The notes under the pieces are model-generated. The model did not search any database and was not told the origin of the DNA. It worked only from the letters and a program-made list of their open reading frames with translations. A program made the translations under genes and the position numbers. From positions 292,454,001-292,518,000 of the forward strand of contig OZ024741.1 of the NCBI GenBank assembly GCA_964016885.1: 64,000 nucleotides of DNA. Direction: 5' to 3'. Numbering within the stretch: the stretch's first letter is position 1; each line of letters opens with the position of its first letter. Origin of the DNA: Eledone cirrhosa (lineage: Eukaryota). Positions 11,107 to 23,980 of this stretch are shown here, in pieces.

Positions 11107-11189
<83 letters not shown>

Positions 11190-11194
<5 letters not shown>

Positions 11195-11645
11195 TAACAG
11201 ATTAATGTTTAAGCAAAGAAACGCTGCTTTCACCTTTAACGGGATCTTCTGAAAGTAACAAAGTCAATCTGTAAACGCAGAAGTGAATATTTCAAAAAAC
11301 GTTGCAACCGGAGGAAGACAGGAAGACGATACTTTGTTTCGTGGAAACGTTCCCTGGCAAAGAACGGGAAAAAACGAATATTATACGTCATTATTTGGAG
11401 CGGTGAAAAACAATTACACGCAAAGACAGAACCACATTTATGGTATAAAAGAAGTCGTAGACTAATATTCTCTTAGGTGGTTCATAGAGACGTCCTCTGG
11501 CAAGGAACGGAAAAAACGAAGATAATACGTCATATGTGGACCGTGGAGAACAATTGCACGCAAAGACAAAACCACGTAAATGGTATAACTGAAGTCGTAG
11601 TCTAAAATTCTAACTAGGAAACCGAATGATTCTCCGCTTCAGAGT
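11190..11645 (-). mobile_element. Internal fragment related to the Helitron at 17286, with a ~140-bp diverged tandem duplication
   Basis: 11190-11395 is the reverse complement of 17553-17755; ~11335-11475 resembles ~11476-11615. Confidence 0.7.
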
Positions 11646-11974
11646 TAAGAATAAAGTAAATAAAATACAGAGGTAATTGAAATTAAGTAAATAAAATACA
11701 GAGGTAATTGAAATTAAATAAATACATACACGTATCCAAATACGTACATACACAAGCATACGCGAAAACACTCGCCATAGGTATACAAATACACGCACAT
11801 ATAAATATGTGTGTGTGTGTGTGCGTGTATACAAATAATTAAATAAACGTATATAAATAAATAAATACGTATATAACAAGCGCACACACATACCTACATG
11901 TAAATACACAAATGTTCGGAGATATACGTCAACCAAAACACGAAGTACACATATACACACACCCTACATACGTA

Positions 11975-12712
11975 CGAAGCCGTATTTCTATTACAAATTT
12001 TACTATATTTATGTGTAGGGGGAAAATGCTTCGTAATAAGGGATAGAAAGATCTTAGCTAATGGTGTGGCCACCTCCATATTATATGATGGGTTATACCA
12101 TATAATGCGTCGGGATCTATTTCTTCTAGGTCTATTCTCGTACTCTGTATGTGCTACCTTATCGATAAAGAGCTTCATTGTAATATGTGGAATGGTCGTT
12201 GAAAATATGCTCGTAAGTAGATAGACGGTAAAGCCTCAACGAAACGTTTCTTACCAGATTCTTGGTTATGCTGGCAGGATGGTTGGAATGCTTACTTATG
12301 TAATTAAGCGTATCATTCGGCTTTCTATACGGGTAATACAAGCCATTCGATAAATTGAGGGTAACGTCGAGGTAATTAACGACCGAGAGGCTGGCCTCAA
12401 CCTGTATAGAGAGGTTGAAGCCTTTAAAGAAGGCTGTGAGTCTTTTCTGAACCTATCGCAAGCCCGAGGGTCGCACTTAGTCATGGTCAAAAGACCATCA
12501 TCACGGTACAAACCACCGCCCACGTTGGGGAATTCGTCCTTGATAGAGAAAAGAAGGAAAAGGCCGATAAGATCAGTAACCTCCGCAGAATCGCTGGCGC
12601 CCATACTCACGTCGAATGGGGTACTATTGGATTTGTTAATCCAAATAGAGTCGTCGAAATTAATCACCGACTTACGGGCATTGAGGATGACATCAACTTC
12701 AAAATCCTTAAC
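11975..12712 (-). pseudogene. Penelope-like element reverse transcriptase fragment, frameshifted
   Basis: FDVSMGASDSAEVTDLIGLFLL; GLYRDDGL; YRKPND..YISKHSNHP; RRIIWYNPSY...FLSLITKHFPPTHKYSKICNRNT, spread over three short ORFs. Confidence 0.85.
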
Positions 12713-13167
12713 CACTGTTAGTGTTATAAGTATCAAACTATATATTTTCTATTTCTTCATCAAACCACCTCTATCTATGTCGTATATATACATTAACGTT
12801 AACACTCTAAAAATAGATTTGTTTTAGTAATGATACATACATCAAAGACTACAAAATAATAAAATCAACATACTTCTAAAATTATTTTGAATTGTGAAGA
12901 ACCAATAACAATAAAAACAACCTCTATCAAATATATATAAAACAGCAATAATAATGATAGTAATAATAATGATAATATTAGTAGTAAAAATATTGGTACT
13001 TTCATGATATATCGAGATTAATATATAAATCATTTTTTTTATTATTCTTTTATAGATCTTTCAATTCTATTATTGTTCCAGAATGATATTCTAATTTTCA
13101 ATACTGCATTCTGGTATTGTATTCCATCACATATAATAATGTTACTGAAGTTTGATTGTATATATAT

Positions 13168-13398
13168 ATTTCTCAAAAATGGCTGATTAAATACACGTGT
13201 TATTCTCAGACATTTTCCATTCCTACTTCTTCTCAATTTCTATCTTTCTTTTTCATCCTTTACTTCTCAGTCTATCTTCTGATGAAGGACTGGTGTCTGA
13301 AACGTGAAGAATATTTTCATACTATATCAAGCGTCGAACTAATATATTTCTTCATTGTACTGTGTCATTTGCTTTGCTGTTTCGCTTTACTTTTTCCT
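13168..13398 (+). mobile_element. HHR-bearing pLTR-like element (family H3)
   Basis: TCTT-CTGATGA-AGGACTGGTGTCT-GAAA-CG-TG-AAGA at 13275-13310; 3' part AACTAATAT.TTTCTTCATTGTACTGTGTCAT.TGCTTTG shared with 44270-44310. Confidence 0.7.
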
Positions 13399-13440
13399 AT
13401 ATAAATATATATAAAGTGGTTGTGTAGGTGTCATACATAT

Positions 13441-14919
13441 ATCATCATCATCATTTTACGTCCGCTTTTCCCTGCATGCAAAGGTGGGATGGGTCCTATT
13501 CAGCACAGCATCTTTCCACTTGTCACAGTCCTTTGTCACCTCCTCCGTGAGCTTCAGCAATCTGAGGTCTGCTCTCACCACCTCCGCCAATGTTTTTCGT
13601 GGTCTTCCTCTACTGCGTCTTTTTTCTACTGGCATTTCTTGGCACTTCTTTACCCAGCGGTCATCCTCCATGTGCATCACATGTCCATAAAATCGCAGTC
13701 TTCTCTCCCGCACACTACAACTTATTCCTCTTAAACACAGTTTCTCTCTTAACTCATCCATGCTTGGTCATTCACGTACATTGACATTGAACATCCAACG
13801 GAGAATATTTGCTTCATTTCTCTCCAGCCGAAGCATATGCTCTGCAGTTGCTGCGCATGTCCCACTACCATGCAGCATCACGCATCTCACACAGTCATCA
13901 TATAATCGGCCTTTCGTATGCAGGGAGAAACGCTTCTTTATCAGCAGAGGAAGCAGCTTCCTAAACTTCTTCCAACCTGTCCTTATTCTAGATACTATAG
14001 CCTCAGAACGCCCCCTCCCATGCTAATCTGATCACCTAGGTACCGGAAGCTATCAACCACTTCTATAGAACCTACCTGCATTTGAAAAATATGTCTATCA
14101 ATGCGACTTCTACTGTTAAATTTTCCTATATTTCTACTGCATATGTATTTTTTCCCCAATCTGTTAGTTTGACTAATCCCCTACCTGTTAGTTTGCTTGC
14201 TATCCCACTACATCTCTTGTGTACCCAAGATCTGTATTGCGTACATTTTATGGAATTTATGCCAGTTCCTTTCCTACATATCGAACATGGCCATTTCCAT
14301 GACGGAATCAGAATTGTGTCCTCTTTTCTACTTATCAACACTTTTGTCTTAGCTAGGTTCACTCTCAGTCCTCTTAATTCCAACTGCGGTTTCCATAGCC
14401 AGAATTTATTCTCTAGCTCCTCTACTGATTCTGCTATAAGAACCAGATCGTCAGCATAGAGAAGTTCCCATGGGCAGACAGTCTTAAACTCCTCTGTTAT
14501 GGATTGGGGGACTATAATGAACAAGAGCGGACTGAGCACCGAACCCTGATGTACTCCTACTTGTATCTGGAATTCCTCACTAAACTCCATTCCTACCCTC
14601 ACTTTACTGACAGCACCTCTGTACAAAGCTTGCACTGTCCACAAGCCATTCCTCAACACCTAGTTTCCTTAGGGACCACCAGATGACAGATCGAGGTACC
14701 CTATCAAAGGTCTGCTCTAGGTCAACAAAAGCTAAGTATAGTGGCTTATTCTTCTCTAAGAACCTCTCTTGTAATTGTCTCACTAAGAAGAGGGCATCTG
14801 TTGTACTTTTCCCAGGCACAAAACCAAACTGCATCTCATCTAGTTTGACCCTTTCTCTAATTAGTTGCGCTAATATCCTTTCTGCCACTTTCATAATCTG
14901 ATCCATCAGTTTGATGCCC
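13441..14919 (-). mobile_element. 5'-truncated, disrupted RTE-clade LINE
   Basis: QFGFVPGKSTTDA; AFVDLEQTFDRVPR; [13 protein letters not shown]; LLYADDLVL; RRLRFYGHV; (ATG)n tail; several frameshifts. Confidence 0.92.
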
Positions 14920-14920
14920 A

Positions 14921-14958
<38 letters not shown>

Positions 14959-15619
14959 AACGATGAGGATGATATATATATGTGTGTAAAGTGGTCATGT
15001 AGGTGTCACAATAAGAAGTGCCCAGCCCACACTGTAAAGTGGTCATATAGGCATCACAACAAAAAGCATGCAGCACATTCTCTAAATGTGGTTGGTGTTA
15101 GGAAGGGCACCCAGCAGTAGAAACCAAGCCAAAACCAGCCCTGTATGAGCAAGTCTTGGTCATTGGATCTAGCTTGTCTCAAAATTGGGCAACCTGTCTA
15201 ATCCCTTCTAGCATGGAAAATGGACGTTAAATGATGAAGATATATTTTTTTTTTCTGTGCTTATATGTACATGTTGCTGTTGGTGCTGTGAGACTTCTGC
15301 CAGTTCTGATGAAGATGCATTTGATTAATTCAATGAAACAATCTGCCCATGAAATTAAAGTGCAAGTAGCTAAGTATTCTACAGATGCATGTAGCATTAA
15401 TGTATTAATTAAGAAGATCCTGCATGACAAGGGTGGTACAACCCATTTTTGCCAGCTGAGTGGATGGGAGTAAAGGATAGTAAAATGCCTTGCCTAAGGA
15501 CACAATACAGTCGGGAATCAAAATGCAAAAATTCTGTTTGTGGATCATAGAAACATGTTGAGCTTTAAATCTTCTCGGTATATCTTAACCAAGTTTGATC
15601 TCTCAATTAATGATTCTTG

Positions 15620-15696
<77 letters not shown>

Positions 15697-15750
15697 TATA
15701 TATATATAAGAAAATTATTTTTTTTTAATTAAAAAACAACAAAAAAAAAC

Positions 15751-16014
15751 CAGATGTCCTACATGGGTGAAAGTATCAGGAAAAGAAATCAAAAATGCAA
15801 CTGGAGTCTTTTAAGAATATTTATTTATTTACTTTACCGGTTGCACAGATCTTATGATTTACAAAAGTAAAATTGAGATGGAGGGTTTGTGTTTCTATTG
15901 TGAGACAAACCACAACAGAAACATAAACCCTCCATCTCAATTTTACTTTGAAAAGCATAAGAACTGTGAAATCGGTAATTGAATAAATATTCTTAAAAGA
16001 CTATAGTTGCATTT
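15751..16014. repeat. Diverged ~110-bp inverted repeat (15793-15903 / 15911-16014) with decayed hammerhead in the arms and a one-sided tail
   Basis: AAAGTAAAATTGAGATGGAGGGTTT pairs with AAACCCTCCATCTCAATTTTACTTT; the arms jointly suggest TTTACTT-(CTGAAGA-like)-GCA..TGT-GAAA-CCGG-TA-AAGTAAA. Confidence 0.7.
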
Positions 16015-16164
16015 CTATATATATATATATTGTGTATTTGTGTATTTAGAATATCCAAAAGAGGGGAGAGAATTTAGCTGTGTGCTTAAGATGTTTTTTT
16101 TCTTTGACGCATTGGGCAGCTTGGTCTAATGATTGCAATATCTACTAATCTTTGTACTTTGCAC

Positions 16165-16396
16165 TAGTGTTTGTAGTGTGGTTCAGAGTTTACAATGTGG
16201 TCCAGTGTTTGCAATGTGTTCCAGAGTTTGTAGTGAGATCCAATGTTTGTGGTGTGATCTAGTATTTGTGGTGTGATCTCGTATTTGTAGTGTGGTCCAG
16301 TGTTTGTAGTGTGGTCCAGTGTTTGTAGTGTAGTCCATTGATTTTAGAGTGATCTAGTGTTGCCCCATCATTATATCATCTAGTGTTTGCAGTGTG
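16165..16396. repeat. 19-bp minisatellite (GTGTTTGTAGTGTGGTCCA)n, about 10 diverged copies
   Basis: Direct inspection. Confidence 0.8.
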
Positions 16397-17285
16397 CATT
16401 AGGGATATCAATTAAATTATATGATAAACTTCTCAAAATATTGTTCTTATCGATCGCTTACCTTTGGTTTTTCCATAGTTGCTGATACTATCTACTTGTT
16501 GCAAATCATGTTCTTATACATGATATTAAAATTTTCAAAATAATTTTTAAAATTATTTAAATAATAGGAATGGATTCAGTAGGAAGAAAGGTTTCAATAG
16601 AAGTTTTAAAGGATTGATACTTTTTCTCCATGGTGCATCAACATCAATGAGAACTAATTGAAAGGGAAAGCAGTTGACATGTATATGATTTAGTGAAATG
16701 TTGACTAGCATGCTGGCTTGTTCAATTTCGACCAGATTAGATACATGTATAAAACCAATTTTCCTTTTTATTCCCTGTGTTTTTAATCAAGAAATAAACA
16801 GGATTGGAAGCAGAGGATTTGTAAAGCAGAGTGAGATTTGTATAGATGGGAGACCTAACAATGATTGATACAAACACATGTAATAATATATAGAAAACAA
16901 AGAGAGCCAAATAAAAGGTAAATGAAACAAAATAGTGTGAGCTACATGAATTCTCAAACAAGGTGGATTGCCTAGAAGAATGATAAGGAGAGAAGATATT
17001 ACTAAATTGGTATTCCAGAAATACTGGGTAGCTTTAGTTATCACTATACAATCACTAACCAATACACACATACACATTGGAGTGTGTATACATACATATG
17101 TACATACCTACACTCATACATATATGAGTAATGGTTTATGTAAATATACATGCTTATATATAGTGTGTGTATATTTGCGTATGTATATATATATATATAT
17201 GTGTGTGTGTGTATGTCTGTGTATCTATGTATATGCATATATGTCTGTGTATATATGTATATGCATATATGTCTGGGTATATATA

Positions 17286-18430
17286 TCTATATATATAAAA
17301 CTGTAGTTGTCTGTGTGTGTGTCTGTGTGTCCTCATTTTTGCAAAGTCTATACAAATCCACATTTCTACACCGATTGACTTCAAACTTGCATTTATATAT
17401 TCCTTGCGGTCTAAAGATATTAACTGCAGCTTTTATTTTTCAATTTTTTGTTGTTAAAGGGGTGTTAGGCGCCGGTTATCCATCTCCGTCGCGCTTTTAT
17501 AATATCTGTCTGTATGCCTGGCTCTCTGCATTACGAAATTCTGACGAACATTGATGACGTATTATGTTCGCTATTTTCCGTTTATTGCCAAGGAACGTCT
17601 TCACGAACCAAAGTATTGTCTTCCTGTTTACCTTCGGTTGCAATGTTTTTCGAAATATTTACTTCTGCGTTCACAGATTGATAATTTTAGTTTCAGAAGA
17701 TCCCGTTAAGGGTGAAAGCAGCGATTCTTTGCTTAAACTTTAATCTGTTATTTTAATATATAATATAAGCGAAGCAAGCACTTCTTGCCAATAAACATTA
17801 ACCCTTTGTGCGCCATTCATCTAACTGTAGATCAACAAATACGAACTAAACGGAGCATTGACAAAAACGATGGTGAATGAATCTTCGAGGTAAGCAGTTT
17901 CCTCCCGAGCTGTTAGTTGACGCGGGATTCTCTGCTACACCTTTTCGTAATAATACCGAACAACGTACTGCTGGTCACTCCTTCCTCAAAAATGTGCATC
18001 GGGCAGATGGATCGGATGCAAATCTACACCAGGCCTTCGCGAGAAATTCGCAAGGGACTGCACCGAGAGGGATAGAGAGAAAGAGTAACTTAGTAGAAAG
18101 AGTGCGAATGAACTTTTGAAGTAAGTAGCCTACGCCTTACTGCTATGGCACTGGAACCTTCTCCCAACTTAACCTGTGACTTTCTCTTTCATATTTACTC
18201 CAAAAGGCCAAAACAGAGGAGTATGAAAAGAAGAGGCTCAACAATATTTCTATGAACAATGCACGTAGACAGCTAAACTGTACTTTCAACTTCTTAATTT
18301 TCTCCAAATAAAACAAGTTTCCTGTCGGTATATTTTCGTGAGTTTTTAACAGGCACTCACAAATAAATGTTTCTCATTGGAGGTGCTATTACCAATGTTC
18401 TTACCTGTGCAATGCCAGGATACACTGCTA

Positions 18431-18431
<1 letters not shown>
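17286..18431 (+). mobile_element. Non-autonomous Helitron
   Basis: 5' TCTATATATATAAAA; 3' hairpin CCTG(TGCAATGC)CAGG then ...CTAG; lies between host A (17285) and T (18432); no TSD. Confidence 0.8.
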
Positions 18432-18525
<94 letters not shown>

Positions 18526-18566
18526 ACGTAGGTGGCAAATTGGCAGTCGTTAGTGTTGGTTTAAAT

Positions 18567-19102
18567 CAGAGGTTCTCAAAGTGGGCGATATTGTCTCCGG
18601 GGGGAGGGGGGAAGAAACAGGGGGCGCTGGGGCATAGAAGGGCAGTGGGGGACGCTAGGAATTTATTATTTATAATATTATTATAGTATTGTATATATAT
18701 GATATAACAGTATATTAAATATCAAATGATATATAAATATTGTAAAATAAAAAATATATATTTATTTATACATTGTATATATTATATTATCTATTATATA
18801 TAAAATGGACGCCATGCTTTCCAGCATAGTTACGTCCCTTTACGATCTGAGTTCAAATCCCGCCGAGGTTGACTTTGCCTTTCATCCTTACGGGGTCAAT
18901 AAAATAAAGTACCAGTAATGCACTGGGTAATTGTTGGCCTTATGCCTAAAGTAGAAACAATTATATATAAAATAACGATTTTATTTACTAGATATTATTT
19001 ACAATTTGTGTGTAAGCAGGTATCTCTGGAAATAGGGGTGGGGATATAGGTTTTTACGTGGCTATGAGGGGGGCAGTGGCCCAAAAGGTTTGAAGACCTC
19101 TG
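18567..19102. mobile_element. hAT-superfamily MITE with a nested SINE
   Basis: TIRs CAGAGGTTCTCAAA / TTTGAAGACCTCTG; perfect 8-bp TSD GTTTAAAT (18559-18566 and 19103-19110). Confidence 0.88.
18807..18959 (+). mobile_element. 5'-truncated Meta/MESC-like SINE nested in the hAT MITE
   Basis: 14-bp TSD ATTATATATAAAAT (18793-18806 and 18960-18973). Confidence 0.88.
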
Positions 19103-19380
19103 GTTTAAATACTTTGGTCTTTATTCTGGCTTATTGCACTGTGTTCATATACTGCTGAACCAACTTTGTCTTTCATTCTTTCCAGGCTGGCACATAAAGT
19201 ACCAGTTTAGTACTGGAGTTGATACTTCCTTTAACACTCTCTTTATCTCTTTCTCTTGCTCTCCTCTTCTGGAAGAAATCGACTTTATTCAAAAATGAAG
19301 AGGAATAACCTGTGTCAGGTTTAACATGTCCAATATATCAGGACAGTAACCTTACAACTCTATCCATTCTTCTATGTATT

Positions 19381-19567
19381 AATAATTGTTTCTACTTTTG
19401 GCACAAGGCCAGCAAATACTCAGTACATTACTGGTACTTTATTTTATTGACCCCGTAAGGATGAAAGGCAAAGTTAACCTCGGCGGGATTTGAACTCAGA
19501 CCGTAAAGGGACGTATGTATGCTGGAAAGCATGGTGTCCGACTCTCTACCGATACTGCAAATCCACC
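19381..19567 (-). mobile_element. Meta/MESC-like SINE
   Basis: Reverse complement of 23566-23754. Confidence 0.85.
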
Positions 19568-20499
19568 TGAAAGAAGATACTATTCCAGATTGAAATATTG
19601 AAAATGTTACCATTGTTCTTCCCATTGCTGATATTATCTGTTGGTCCCAGCTCCTGATAGAAGCATCAGCTCTTCTCTGGTGACTTGTTGTACAACTACT
19701 CAAGACGTCACTCCTGGTTGTCTGCTGATAGTTGATATTGTGTAACTTTTAAATATTTATTCATTCTTCTTTTGTCAGAGCTATAGCTGCTGTTATTATG
19801 ACATATCTGATAAATTTAGCAGACCTCCTCTGAGGTTACATTTCATAGGACGTTTTTTAAGTGTTTATAATAAGGACCTCATGATTGTATTGTTGGAGAG
19901 TTTAATAAATTCAGTTAGTCTGTAAGGTATTTATTTTGTTTTAATTTCCTTGCATTCCAAGGGAGAATGCCTTTTATTGTTTCGGATAGGACAAGGCATC
20001 CTATATCTGATGCTAAAACACCTCTGTTAATTCACCATATTGATAGCCAATTAACAGCAACATTAACAACAACAGGTGTAATGAAGTTATTGACTTTTAC
20101 ATAATGGCGATATAAAGTCATAATTTTCTTTTTTTTGATTTCTAAAAAAAAAAATCCTATGCAAATGATTGATTCTGTGAGAGATTATAATAAAGATGCA
20201 TGGCTTAATGGTTAGAGAATTGGATTCACAATTGTATGATTGCGAGTTTGATTCCCGGACTGGGTGATGCATTATGTCCTTGAGCAAGACACTTTATTTC
20301 ACGCTGCTTTTTTTTTTGCCAGGAGTTGCCACCGGTAGATAGTATCAACAATGTAACAACTAATGGAAAAATTGTATCCTTGTTCCGATTTGACAAGTTC
20401 CACCCCACTCTGTAAGCGAACGACGCCTGGGACCTTGTCAACCATTCCTCTATATCAATAGAAACAAGAATGTTCTTATAACTTTGTGTTTCCTCAAAT

Positions 20500-23400
20500 C
20501 GTCATCATCATCACCATTGCCATCATTGTCATCATTATTAGCATTGTCATCATTACTATCATTGTCAACAATACTATCATTGTCATCATTGCCATCATTG
20601 TCATCATTACCATAACTGTCATCGTTACCATCACTGTCATCGTTACCATCATTGTCATCATTGCCATCATTGTCATCATTGCCATCATTGTCATCATTAC
20701 CATCACTGTCATCGTTACCATCATTGTCATCGTTACCATCATTGTCATCATTGCCATCATTGTCATCATTACTATCACTGTCATCATTACCATCACTGTC
20801 ATCGTTACCATCACTGTCATCGTTACCATCATCATCATTACCATCACTGTCATCGTTACCATCACTGTCATCGTTACCATCATTGTCATCATTGTCATCA
20901 TTACCATCACTCTCATCGTTACCATCACTGTCATCATTACCATCACTGTCATCGTTACCATCATTGTCATCGTTACCATCATTGTCATCATTGCCATCAT
21001 TGTCATCATTACCATCACTGTCATCATTACCATCACTGTCATCGTTACCATCATTGTCATCGTTACCATCATTGTCATCATTGTCATCATTACCAACACT
21101 GTCATCGTTACCATCATTGTTATCGTTACCATCATCATCATTACCATTATTGTCATCATTACCATCACTGTCATCGTTACCATCATTGTCATCATTGCCA
21201 TCATTGTCATCATTGCCATCACTGTCATCGTTACCATCATTGTCATCATTACCATCATTGTCATCATTACCATCACTTTCATCATTGTCATCATTACCAT
21301 CACTGTCATCATTACCATCACTGTCATCATTGCCATCATTGTCATCATTACCATCACTGTCTTCGTTACCATCATTGTCATCATTACCATCATTGTCATC
21401 ATTGCCATCATTGTCATCATTACCATCACTGTCATCGTTACCATCACTGTCATCGTTACCATCACTGTCATCGTTACCATCATCATCATTACCATCATTG
21501 TCATCATTACCATCACTGTCATCGTTACCATCATTGTCATCATTACCATCATTGTCATCATTGCCATCACTGTCATCGTTACCATCACTGTCATCATTAC
21601 CATCATTGTCATCATTGCCATCATTGTCATCATTACCATCACTGTCATCATTACCATCACTGTCATCGTTACCATCATTGTCATCATTACCATCACTGTC
21701 ATCGTTACCATCATTGTCATCATTGCCATCACTGTCATCATTACCATCACTGTCATCGTTACCATCATTGTCATCATTACCATCACTGTCATCATTACCA
21801 TCACTGTCATCGTTACCATCATTGTCATCGTTACCATCACTGTCATCATTACCATCATTGTCATCATTGCCATCATTGTCATCATTACCATCACTGTCAT
21901 CATTACCATCACTGTCATCGTTACCATCATTGTCATCATTGCCATCACTGTCATCATTACCATCACTGTCATCGTTACCATCACTGTCATCATTACCATC
22001 ACTGTCATCATTACCATCACTGTCATCGTTACCATCATTGTCATCATTGCCATCATTGTCATCATTACCATCACTGTCATCGTTACCATCACTGTCATCG
22101 TTACCATCACTGTCATCGTTACCATCATCATCATTACCATCATTGTCATCATTACCATCACTGTCATCGTTACCATCATTGTCATCATTACCATCATTGT
22201 CATCATTGCCATCACTGTCATCGTTACCATCATTGTCATCATTGCCATCATTGTCATCATTACCATCATTGTCATCATTGCCATCATTGTCATCATTACC
22301 ATCATTGTCATCATTGTCATCATTGTCATCATTGCCATCATTGTCATCATTGTCATCATTGTCATCATTGCCATCACTGTCATCGTTACCATCATTGTCA
22401 TCATTGCCATCATTGTCATCATTGCCATCATTGTCATCATTGCCATCATTGTCATCATTGCCATCATTGTCATCATTGCCATCATTGTCATCGTTACCAT
22501 CACTGTCATCATTACCATCACTGTCATCATTACCATCATTGTCATCATTACCATCACTGTCATCATTGCCATCACTGTCATCGTTACCATCACTGTCATC
22601 GTTACCATCATTGTCATCATTGCCATCACTGTCATCGTTACCATCATTGTCATCATTGCCATCATTGTCATCATTGCCATCATTGTCATCATTGCCATCA
22701 TTGTCATCATTGCCATCATTGTCATCATTGCCATCATTGTCATCGTTACCATCACTGTCATCATTACCATCACTGTCATCATTACCATCATTGTCATCAT
22801 TACCATCACTGTCATCATTGCCATCACTGTCATCGTTACCATCACTGTCATCGTTACCATCATTGTCATCATTGCCATCACTGTCATCGTTACCATCATT
22901 GTCATCATTGCCATCATTGTCATCATTACCATCATTGTCATCATTGCCATCATTGTCATCGTTACCATCACTGTCATCATTACCATCACTGTCATCATTA
23001 CCATCATTGTCATCATTACCATCACTGTCATCATTGCCATCACTGTCATCGTTACCATCACTGTCATCGTTACCATCATTGTCATCATTGCCATCACTGT
23101 CATCGTTACCATCATTGTCATCATTGCCATCATTGTCATCATTGCCATCACTGTCATCGTTACCATCATTGTCATCATTGCCATCACTGTCATCGTTACC
23201 ATCACTGTCATCATTACCATCACTGTCATCGTTACCATCATTGTCATCATTGCCATCACTGTCATCGTTACCATCACTGTCATCGTTACCATCACTGTCA
23301 TCATTACCATCATTGTCATCATTACCATCATTGTCATCATTACCATCATTGTCATCATTACTATCATCGTCATCATTACCATCATTGTCATCATTACTAT

Positions 23401-23565
23401 CATTGTCATCATTACTATCATCGTCGTCATCTTATTACCATCATCGTCGTCATTACCCTCGTGGTCGTCATTACCCTCGTGGTCGTCATTACCACCGTCG
23501 TTGTTATTACCGTCATCGTTGTCATTACCGTCGTCGTCGTTGTCATTACCATCATTGTCATCATT
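20500..23565. repeat. ~3-kb CAT-derived minisatellite of alternating 9-bp variants (CATCATTGT, CATCACTGT, CATCATTAC, CATCGTTAC, CATCATTGC)
   Basis: 18-bp periodicity; accounts for the ~1000-aa low-complexity ORFs. Confidence 0.97.
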
Positions 23566-23980
23566 GGTGGACTGGCAGTATCGGTAGAGGGTCGGACGCC
23601 ATGCTTTCCAGCATAGTTACGTCCCTTTACGATCTGAGTTCAAATCCCGCCGAGTTTGACTTTGCCTTTCATCCTTACGGGGTCGATAAAATGAAGTACC
23701 AGTAATATACTGGGTAATTGCTGGCCTTGTGCCTAAAGTAGAAACAATTATTATCATAAAGGCCAGTGGATTGCCAGTATCAGTAGAGCATTAAACACCA
23801 TGCATTACAGCATAGAGTAATGGTGTTTTACATTCTGCGTTCAAATCCTCCTGAGGTTAACTTTGCCTTTCATCCTTACGGGGTCGATAAAATAAAGTAC
23901 CAGTAAGGCACTGGGGTCAATTTAATCGAATTTCCCCTCCTCCCAAATTGCTAGCTTTGTGCCTAAAGTAGAAATCCTTA
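23566..23980 (+). mobile_element. Two tandem Meta/MESC-like tRNA-derived SINEs (23566-23754 and 23761-23980)
   Basis: A-box-like TGGCAGTATCGG; B box GAGTTCAAATCC; GCCTTTCATCCTTACGGGGTCGATAAAAT domain; TTA-type tail. Confidence 0.85.

Noticed and set aside
15300-15350. CTGATGA...GAAAC as a hammerhead
   Set aside because: No closing stem I; lies in the reversed 3' domain of a SINE also seen at 53600-53750
16165-16396. CRISPR-like periodicity (also 27420-27745)
   Set aside because: Tandem minisatellites without unique spacers; eukaryotic context; no cas genes
17877-18119. 80-aa ORF inside the Helitron
   Set aside because: No Rep or helicase motifs and no recognisable domain
20486-23705. Three ~1000-aa ORFs (I/V/T-rich, S/L/P-rich, M/T/V-rich)
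   Set aside because: Translations of a 9/18-bp minisatellite; open in several frames on both strands; no domain content
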